A stretch of 32,000 nt of DNA from Pyrodictium abyssi (GTDB lineage Archaea > Thermoproteota > Thermoprotei_A > Sulfolobales > Pyrodictiaceae): the NCBI RefSeq assembly GCF_036323395.1, contig NZ_AP028907.1, positions 1,710,001 through 1,742,000 on the forward strand. Direction: 5' to 3'. Of the stretch, positions 25,438-32,000 are shown in pieces. Within the stretch, counting starts at the first letter, position 1. Each line of letters opens with the position of its first letter. The position numbers and the translations under genes were made by a program. Under the pieces are notes generated by a model. The model saw nothing but the letters and a program-made list of their open reading frames with translations, was not told where the DNA came from and searched no databases.

Positions 25438-26867
25438 CTGGCCTCATACTTTCTGAGAGCCGCTGCCTCCACCCACTTACCCCTAGTGACCCACACCATT
25501 GAGAGCAGGCCCACAGCTGCATTACTGGCTGCTATGGCGGCCCATATACCCATACTCTTCATGCCCACGAGGAAGGCTAGTATGTATGCCAGTGGAAGCC
25601 TTATGAGAACCGCCCTGGCTATCGCTATGTACGTTATGACCTTGGTCTTGCCGGTGGCTATGGCTATACTCCAGGCCGTCATGAAGAAGGTGAGTAGCGG
25701 CAGGCTAAGCCCGAGGACGGATAAGTAGCGCCATGTCTCCTGGATCGCGAGGCTGTCGTCTGTAAAGAGCCCGGCTACCCCGTCCCCCTCGTACACGAAC
25801 AGTAGGCCGGAGAGAGACAGCACTACCAGCAGCAGCCACGTTAGCGTATTGACCGCCGCCTTTGCACGCTCCTCAAGCCCCGCGCCCAGAGACTGGCCTA
25901 TCACGACCGCAGCTCCCTGGGACAACGCGTCTACTACCGAGCGGAGTACGTCTAGCACGCGGAAGCCTATCGTATAGGCCGCTAGCGCGGCCACAGTGCC
26001 CACTAGCATGTCTATCCGGGTAACTAGGCCTACAAGCAGGTACTCTGCAGCGTGGGCCACTGAGGAGTTGAGCCCTACGGGTAGGCCCACAGACGCCATT
26101 ACCGCGAGAACACGGCGGCTAGGAGCCATGAGCCGGGGGGCGAGCCTCACGCCGTGGAAGCCACGAACCATCAAAGCCACTATGACGAGCGATATTGCTA
26201 GCCTCGAAACGAGGGAGGCTATCGCTGCCCCTAGCACCTCGAACCGGGGGAACACCCATATACCGAATATGAGAAGCGGGTCCAGAACAATGTTGAGCAG
26301 TAGCGCAACGATAAGGAGTGTTGAGGGTGTCCGGGTGTCGCCTAGGGAGGATGATATCAGACGAAACGTGTACATGAGTGTGGCGAAGGGGAGAGCGAGG
26401 AACTGTACACGAAGATACGTGGTGGCCGCAGAGGCCATATCGCTGCTCACTCCGAGCAGCTCTATGAAGAGAGGGGCTGCGGCGAAGCCTACGAGCCCCG
26501 CCACCACCGCTATGGCTAGCGATGCGCCGAGAACCCTGTTAACCACCTCTATTACTTCGTCTTTGTCGCCGCGCCCTAGAGTCTGGCTTACAAGCGATAC
26601 AGCCGCCATGGATAGTCCTGCGATGAACGCGTATACTACGAGGAAGGGGTAGTAGGCCAGGGTTGGTATGGAGAGCTGTTTTACGCCGAGTAGGCCCAGC
26701 CAGAGCGCGTCTATGAGCCAGTAGAGGCTGCTGACAAGGTTTCCTATCATTAGTGGTGCCGAGAGCCGCAGCATAGTAGGCATTAGGGGTGCTTCTAGTA
26801 TGCGTTGCCTCAGGCTTAGTAGGCCCTCTTCCTTGCTATGCCGCGTAGTATCTGACATAGAGTTCAC
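25434..26867 (-). CDS. MATE family multidrug/Na+-driven efflux protein
   Basis: About 12 hydrophobic segments. APLMIGNLVSSLYWLIDALWLGLLGVKQLSIPTLAYYP, VSLVSQTLGRGDKDEV, VVIGQSLGAGLEERAKAAV. Confidence 0.9.
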   Translation of the reverse strand: MNSMSDTTRHSKEEGLLSLRQRILEAPLMPTMLRLSAPLMIGNLVSSLYWLIDALWLGLLGVKQLSIPTLAYYPFLVVYAFIAGLSMAAVSLVSQTLGRGDKDEVIEVVNRVLGASLAIAVVAGLVGFAAAPLFIELLGVSSDMASAATTYLRVQFLALPFATLMYTFRLISSSLGDTRTPSTLLIVALLLNIVLDPLLIFGIWVFPRFEVLGAAIASLVSRLAISLVIVALMVRGFHGVRLAPRLMAPSRRVLAVMASVGLPVGLNSSVAHAAEYLLVGLVTRIDMLVGTVAALAAYTIGFRVLDVLRSVVDALSQGAAVVIGQSLGAGLEERAKAAVNTLTWLLLVVLSLSGLLFVYEGDGVAGLFTDDSLAIQETWRYLSVLGLSLPLLTFFMTAWSIAIATGKTKVITYIAIARAVLIRLPLAYILAFLVGMKSMGIWAAIAASNAAVGLLSMVWVTRGKWVEAAALRKYEAS

Positions 26868-27095
26868 CTTGCCTGGCTGCTAGTGGCGCCTTCCGTGCCA
26901 GCCGCCTTTACCCGTCTTGGCCCTGTCTGCTAGGAGGCTATTTTCATATATACTTCGGTGTTGTGTGCTACCTCCACCCGTGCTAGATACGGTATGCCGA
27001 TCCTAGCATATGTATCTAGTTGGTAGTTCTCCGGGTAAGCTAAGCTGCGCAAGAAATATTAATACTGGTCTTATCTGCTTCATCGTAAATTGTAA

Positions 27096-28184
27096 TTATT
27101 CTAAACTGCTAATAACTTCCGCTAGGGCCTCAACAAGCACCCTATTCTCGGCAGGGGTGCCCACAGTCACGCGTAGCCAGTTGCTGCCGAGCGGTACACG
27201 GCGCACCGCAACACCGCGCTCCGCCAGCCTATCAACCACGTTGTCCACCCTGGTCTCTACCAGGAGGAAGTTAGTGTGCGAGCTGTAGACGCGTACGCCG
27301 GGGAGCCGGCGGAGCTGTGCTGCTAGCCACTCCCGTTCGCCCCGTATGGCCTCTACCACCTTCTCCGCGTAGCTGGGCTCCTCTAGGGCCGCTATCGCCG
27401 CAGCTATGCTGGTCCGGGGGAGGAAGGGCGGCATTAGGCTGCAGAGCATGCCCGCTAGCCTGGGGTGTGCCAGAGCATAGCCTATGCGGAGGCCGGCCAG
27501 GGAGAACGCCTTGCTGAGGGTGCGCACCACGAGGAGGTTGTCGTAGCTCTCGGTGAGCCCTGAGTAGGTTACGCCGCTGAACTCGTAGTAGGCCTCGTCG
27601 AGTATGAGCAGGACTCCTCTCTTCCCGAGCCTCTCCAGCAGCTCGGCTAGCTCGTCCTCGCCTGGGACTATGAGGCTCCCAGTGGGGTTGTTCGGGTTGT
27701 CTATGGCGGCTATCTGGGCGCGCTCCGCTGTCTCGGAGAACCGGGGCCAGTCTAGCTTCCACCTATCGCCCTCCGGCCTCAGCTCCACGGTGGCTGGCTC
27801 GCCGCCGTTCTGCCTGGTGTAGACCTCGTACATGCTGAAGGAGGGCCAGGGGTAGGCGGCCCTGCCCCCGGGGCCTAGTACCAGGGTGAACGCTTTCTCC
27901 AGCACCATGTCGCCGCCTAGCCCGACTACTATCTGCTCTGGGGCCGCCCCGGTGTACCCGGAGAGGAGCTCCAGGAGGCGCTGGAGCTGCTCCTGCTCTG
28001 GGTACCGGTTGCCCCGGGCAGCCTCCCGGGCGACGGCCTCGACGACCCTCTCGGGGGGCGGGTAGGGGGACTCGTTAAGGTCGAGCCTGGCTCTTATACG
28101 CGTGTAGCTCCTCGGCTGATAGCCCTCTGTGTTCTCGAGCCAGGGTTTGACCTTTACCGGCACGGCTCCGCTGCCCCGCTGCAC
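27096..28184 (-). CDS. hisC: Histidinol-phosphate aminotransferase
   Basis: RLDLNESPYPPPERVVEA, NRYPEQEQLQRLLELLSGYTG, IVGLGGDMVLEKAFTLVLGPGG, AIDNPNNPTGSLI, LLILDEAYYEFSG, VVRTLSKAFSLAGLRIGYALAHP. Start ambiguous between GTG 28184 and GTG 28163. Confidence 0.88.
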   Translation of the reverse strand: MQRGSGAVPVKVKPWLENTEGYQPRSYTRIRARLDLNESPYPPPERVVEAVAREAARGNRYPEQEQLQRLLELLSGYTGAAPEQIVVGLGGDMVLEKAFTLVLGPGGRAAYPWPSFSMYEVYTRQNGGEPATVELRPEGDRWKLDWPRFSETAERAQIAAIDNPNNPTGSLIVPGEDELAELLERLGKRGVLLILDEAYYEFSGVTYSGLTESYDNLLVVRTLSKAFSLAGLRIGYALAHPRLAGMLCSLMPPFLPRTSIAAAIAALEEPSYAEKVVEAIRGEREWLAAQLRRLPGVRVYSSHTNFLLVETRVDNVVDRLAERGVAVRRVPLGSNWLRVTVGTPAENRVLVEALAEVISSLE

Positions 28185-28220
28185 CGGCCAGGGCTATGGC
28201 TTAATAATCCCCTGGAGGCC

Positions 28221-28913
28221 TTGCAGCTACGCGTCTATCTGGGCTGCAGGGTGCAGGCAGAAAGAAGGAACGTACATATCGTGGACAATCCTGTCCTACA
28301 GGGCATTCTGCTGGAGCTACGCGACAAGCGCACCCCCCGGCACCGGTTCCGCGAGCTCCTCGAGACCGCTGGGCTGCTTCTAGGCTACGAGGCTGGGAGG
28401 CTGCTAGCCACCCGGCTAGACGAGGTTGAGACACCGCTAGGCGTCCGGGCCTCTGCTAGGCGCGTCGCTGACGAGGAGCTAGCCGTTGTCGCTGTACTGC
28501 GCGCAGCACTACCCATGGCCATGGGGATCATAAAGCTCTACCCCCGCGCCGTGCTAGGCTTCGTCGCAGCGTCGCGCATAGAGGACACCGGCAGAGTGGT
28601 CGGCGACAGGATGGTGTTCGACGTGGATACACCCTACTGGAAGCTACCAGCCCTAGAGGACCGGGACGTCATGCTAGTCGACCCCATGCTCGCGACCGGG
28701 AGCACTCTAGCACGGGTAGCAGCCAGGATAGCCGAGCAGAAGCCCCGCCGCATAGTAGCCGTGTCGCTCATAGCCACAAGGCAGGGGATAGAACGGGTAC
28801 TAGAAGCCGTGGAGGACGCCCACGTGGTGACCGCGGCCGTGGACCCCGTGCTCAACGAGCACGGGTTCATCGTGCCCGGCCTGGGCGACGCCGGCGACAG
28901 GTGCTTCGGCTAA
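28221..28913 (+). CDS. upp: Uracil phosphoribosyltransferase
   Basis: VHIVDNPVLQGILLELRDKRTPRHRFRELLETAGLLLGYEA, RAALPMAMGIIKLYPRAVLGFVAASR, and PRPP motif VMLVDPMLATGSTL. The true start is probably GTG at 28251, since a TATA-like TTAATAA sits at 28201-28207. Confidence 0.87.
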   Translation: MQLRVYLGCRVQAERRNVHIVDNPVLQGILLELRDKRTPRHRFRELLETAGLLLGYEAGRLLATRLDEVETPLGVRASARRVADEELAVVAVLRAALPMAMGIIKLYPRAVLGFVAASRIEDTGRVVGDRMVFDVDTPYWKLPALEDRDVMLVDPMLATGSTLARVAARIAEQKPRRIVAVSLIATRQGIERVLEAVEDAHVVTAAVDPVLNEHGFIVPGLGDAGDRCFG

Positions 28914-29103
28914 CCGTCAGCAGCCGAGAGTAGGGTCGAGAAGAGTTCCCGGTACACGGTATTTATGGGTCTGCAGCGACCTTCCTCTATCGATAGGTGG
29001 GGAGCATGCATCCCGCGGAGGAGTACGCTTGGAACAGCATCGAGACTCCCTGGAGCTTAGTCACGAGGCTCGTGCACAGGCTAGGAATGTCCCATAGCCC
29101 GTG

Positions 29104-29583
29104 CTAGGGTATGGTCTTGACCTCTTCTACGCGCCGGAAGTCCTCGTCGAATGTCGCTATGGCTTCGACTCCTATCCTCAGCGCTGTGGCTACGTGGAGA
29201 GCATCTGCTGGTAGTAGCCCGTACTTCTCCATGATCTCGATGGATTTTCTCCAGTCTTCGCATGTCACGTACTCTATCCTAAGACCCTTGGTTGACATGT
29301 ACTCCACGTACTCGTGGAACACCTTGACGGGTTCAATACATGCTCTCCTTGTCTTCTCATCGAACTTCAATGCCTCCCTTATCCTCCAGATGTTCTTCGT
29401 GTCAAGGATTTCGCTCGCCTTGGCAAACACTAGCTTGAACGCTACCTCCTCTAGGATTATGGGTGTAACATAGCCTATCACATTGCCGTTCTCCACGGCC
29501 TCAAGCAGCTCCTGGGCCTGGTCGGCGCCAGGCTCGTCCAAGAGCAGCTTTAGGAACACCGAAGCGTCTATGAGTATCTTCAC
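29104..29583 (-). CDS. vapC: PIN domain ribonuclease toxin (VapC-type)
   Basis: MKILIDASVFLKLLLDE, IILEEVAFKL, LPADALHVATALRIGVEAIATFDEDFRRVEEV. All expected PIN acidic residues are present. Confidence 0.88.
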   Translation of the reverse strand: MKILIDASVFLKLLLDEPGADQAQELLEAVENGNVIGYVTPIILEEVAFKLVFAKASEILDTKNIWRIREALKFDEKTRRACIEPVKVFHEYVEYMSTKGLRIEYVTCEDWRKSIEIMEKYGLLPADALHVATALRIGVEAIATFDEDFRRVEEVKTIP

Positions 29584-29807
29584 AGCTTGTACACCAGGTA
29601 GACCTCCTCGAGCTCTTTTAGCGAGAGCTTGCTCTTCACAAGGCCCCTCATCCTAGAGGTAACGCTTTCTCCTCGGCTGCGCTCCAAGAACATCTCCATA
29701 GCCCTCCTGATCGCCTCACTCCTGCTCATTCCTAGGCTGTGCGCGAGCCTCGTGAACTCCTCGAGGAGCCTCCTATCCACACGAACGTATACACCCACCG
29801 AGCCCAC
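29580..29807 (-). CDS. vapB: Ribbon-helix-helix antitoxin (VapB-type)
   Basis: VYVRVDRRLLEEFTRLAHSLGMSRSEAIRRAMEMFLE is the RHH motif. 4-nt overlap with vapC. The TATA position implies a GTG start at 29807 rather than the track ORF start at 29888. Confidence 0.8.
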   Translation of the reverse strand: MGSVGVYVRVDRRLLEEFTRLAHSLGMSRSEAIRRAMEMFLERSRGESVTSRMRGLVKSKLSLKELEEVYLVYKL

Positions 29808-29841
29808 TATACACACCCCGTATATACGTATACACGATAAG

Positions 29842-29852
29842 CCTATATAAAA
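29842..29852 (-). promoter_or_regulatory. Putative TATA box of the vapBC operon
   Basis: Minus strand reads GGTTTTATATAGGC. Predicted TSS is near 29823, just upstream of the GTG at 29807. Confidence 0.6.
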
Positions 29853-30523
29853 CCAGCCGCCACCTCCGCAGGAACTCCAAACAGGCAACCAGAGTGCTAG
29901 AAACCAGGGTGCGAGAACAGACAGACCAGGAGTACCCTACTTCGTAGCAGAGAGAAAGGCCTATGCGGCAAAGGTTGAGACCCCCTGGTACTGCCTAGCG
30001 GGTGCCCATCGCACCCCGGGTGACAGCAGCCTCAAAAACAAGCCTACGCCGCTGCTTCATCCACCAATTGCCCTGATAGATTATTATAAGAGTCTCATTG
30101 GCCCTCGGATTCTAAGGATCCCACTACCGTGCTAAGAGTAGGCGCGCAGCCATGCCCAACGATGACGCAGCGAGGGGCCGAAGGCTAAGACCCGGCAAGA
30201 GGCCATATAGTTGCATACCCGCCTACAGCACCCAAAGAGGGGGTTGCTAGGCTAGTAGCCCTGGGGCCAGTGGAGCCCCGAGAGGTGGAGGCGGCAGAGC
30301 CCCATACTCTATGGCCCTCTGGCTGCGGGGAGGGGATGAGGATCTTTTCGGGGAGAGCGACCCGGGGGGCCCTCTTCTCCCGCCCCGGGGATGGCCTAGC
30401 GGTTACCCAGCCGACCCCCAGCACACACGTCTTCCTAGAGCACTTGCAGCGGAGGCCAGGAGCGTAGGAGGAGCCCCGGGGACTCCTCGGGGCCGAAAAA
30501 CCATGGAAGAACAGGAGGGCGGG

Positions 30524-30871
30524 CTAGAGTACGCTCCGGATGCGCTCTCTCTGCTTCCTGAGCTCGTAGCGTAGACGGCCGAGTATAGCGCGGCGATCCG
30601 CCACGATTACGACGAGCGCCTCGCCGACGTCGTCGAACAGGATGTAGTTGTTACGGTACTCGATTATAACGCCGGTTATGTCCCCGAGGTTTAGCTCGTC
30701 TCCTAGACGGGTAGCTGCACCGTAGAGCGTCGTGACCATAGCCGCGAGCGAGTCCGGGTCGAAGCTCGTCTCCCCGATGAACACGTGGTCGATTATGAAG
30801 CCGTCCTTGGAGACTATGGCTGCTGCCTGGACGCCCTCTATCCTCGTGAAGTCTGTGAGTACTACTCTCAT
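30524..30871 (-). CDS. Roadblock/LC7 domain-like protein
   Basis: MRVVLTDFTRIEGVQAAAIVSKDGFIIDHVFIGETSFDPDSLAAMVTTLYGAATRLGDELNLGDITGVIIEYRNNYILFDDVGEALVVIVADRRAILGRLRYELRK has the Roadblock topology. Track ORF start is 30892. Confidence 0.75.
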   Translation of the reverse strand: MRVVLTDFTRIEGVQAAAIVSKDGFIIDHVFIGETSFDPDSLAAMVTTLYGAATRLGDELNLGDITGVIIEYRNNYILFDDVGEALVVIVADRRAILGRLRYELRKQRERIRSVL

Positions 30872-31049
30872 GGGGGATGACACTCTAGCCACCAGCCTAG
30901 CTATATCCAGTTAGTGGAAATAAAAATTACTATCCACGCAAGTCTTTCTTTTAGCTACTATCTTCGATTAGCCGTAGAAGCGCCGGGATAGCGGCTATCC
31001 CGCATAAGCACCCTAGGCACTGGTGCGCTACGCGCCCGGGGCCATGGGG

Positions 31050-31880
31050 CTACTCGTTCTCCCGGCTGCGCTGCCGCTCCAGAGCGCCCGCCCCGGCTAG
31101 GCCGAGCGCTGCTGCCGTAGCGCCCTCGGCCCCGAGCCCTAGCGGGTAGAATACGAGCATGTTCTTCTCCTTCGCTACCTCTATGAGTGTCTGCAGCTCC
31201 CTCAGCCGGAGCGCTGCCGGGTGCCTCTCGTAGAGCTCCGCAGCCTCTGCTAGTATCCTGGCCGCCTGGCGCTCACCCTCAGCCTCTATTATCTTGGCCC
31301 TCCTCCACCTCTCAGCCTCCGCCTGCCTCGCCATAGCCCGCACCATGCCCTCGGGCAGCAGCACCTCCTTGATAGTGACCGCCGTGACCTTGATGCCCCA
31401 GGGGTCGGTGAGCTCGTCGAGTATCTTCTGTATCTCCTTGTTCAGCTCCTCCCGCTTCGTCAGGAGGTCGTCTAGCTCGCTCCTACCTATCACGTCCCTT
31501 AGCACGGTCTGGGCGAGCATCGTGACCGCGAGGTGGTAGTTGCGGACCGATAGCACGGCCTTGAGCGGGTCCTGGACACGGTAGTACACCACAGCGTCTA
31601 CCGAGACCTCCACGTTGTCCCGGGTTATGATTCGCTGGCGTGGCACGTCAACGGTGTGTATACGCAGGTCTATTATCATTATCCTGTCTATCACAGGTAT
31701 TATGACCACGAGGCCGGGGCCCTTCACGCCTATAACGCGGCCCAGCCTGAAGACCACGGCGCGCTCGTACTCGCGTATAACCCTGATACTATAGGCGAGT
31801 ATCACTAGGACCACGAGAAGGCCCAGAGCCAAGGCTACGAAGCTTTCGAGTCCGGCTGGCACAGCTTGGCTTGTAGGCAA
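31050..31880 (-). CDS. SPFH/Band 7 (stomatin/prohibitin-like) membrane protein
   Basis: N-terminal TM, then REYERAVVFRLGRVIGVKGPGLVVIIPVIDRIMIIDLRIHTVDVPRQRIITRDNVEVSVDAVVYYRVQDP, TVLRDVIGRSELDDLLTKREELNKEI, and EAERWRRAKIIEAEGERQAARILAEAA. Confidence 0.92.
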   Translation of the reverse strand: MPTSQAVPAGLESFVALALGLLVVLVILAYSIRVIREYERAVVFRLGRVIGVKGPGLVVIIPVIDRIMIIDLRIHTVDVPRQRIITRDNVEVSVDAVVYYRVQDPLKAVLSVRNYHLAVTMLAQTVLRDVIGRSELDDLLTKREELNKEIQKILDELTDPWGIKVTAVTIKEVLLPEGMVRAMARQAEAERWRRAKIIEAEGERQAARILAEAAELYERHPAALRLRELQTLIEVAKEKNMLVFYPLGLGAEGATAAALGLAGAGALERQRSRENE

Positions 31881-32000
31881 GGCTTCTAGCCACCTACCGG
31901 CCTGTACACTCCACTGTTGTACGGCATCAGCAGGCTAATGTATTGCTTGCCCCTTCGGCTCCCGATAGGACTGCCATGGCGCTCGGCAACCGGCTACAGG

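Noticed and set aside
25996-26652. 218-aa plus-strand ORF antisense to the MATE transporter
   Set aside because: Composition (Ser/Thr/Arg) and full overlap with a recognisable MATE protein indicate a spurious shadow ORF.
27096-28184. Possible evidence of a his operon
   Set aside because: Only hisC is present here, and it diverges from upp. No other histidine genes lie in the window.
30185-30424. Minus-strand 79-aa ORF upstream of the Roadblock gene
   Set aside because: Low-complexity Pro/Ser/Arg composition, no start context, and overlap with apparent GC stems.
1-32000. CRISPR arrays, transposases, rRNA or tRNA genes
   Set aside because: Reading through the window revealed no regularly spaced direct repeats, no transposase-like ORFs, and no recognisable tRNA T-loop/anticodon arrangements.

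Overview
This is a GC-rich, hyperthermophilic crenarchaeal window, most likely Pyrodictiaceae. It shows TATA/BRE-type promoters, many GTG/TTG starts and tightly packed genes. There are no CRISPR arrays, no tRNAs or rRNAs that I could recognise, and no transposons.

Content in order:
- M20 peptidase fragment.
- Very large RND/MMPL-type exporter, divergent from a PadR regulator.
- hypB-hypA-endonuclease III cluster.
- Small basic hypothetical protein.
- Structured-looking non-coding stretch.
- Sirtuin-fold protein with an altered active-site signature.
- Thr-rich surface protein.
- Secreted protein that I recognise from memory as a homologue of the Pyrodictium cannula proteins (CanA family).
- Winged-helix regulator.
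- Serine beta-lactamase-like hydrolase.
- Zinc-ribbon protein, then sufC-sufB.
- TrmB regulator divergent from a lipoate-ligase-like gene and a futalosine-pathway menaquinone cluster (mqnC-mqnE-mqnA).
- Aldehyde ferredoxin oxidoreductase plus a MoaD-like protein lacking the C-terminal GG.
- MATE exporter, hisC and upp.
- vapBC toxin-antitoxin pair.
- Roadblock-like protein and a stomatin/SPFH protein.

The most interesting signals are the compact cannula-type subunit with a calcium-loop-like insert, the active-site-altered sirtuin homologue, the futalosine operon with a degenerate lipoate ligase-like gene, and several long non-coding intervals. All family assignments come from motif recognition without database searches.
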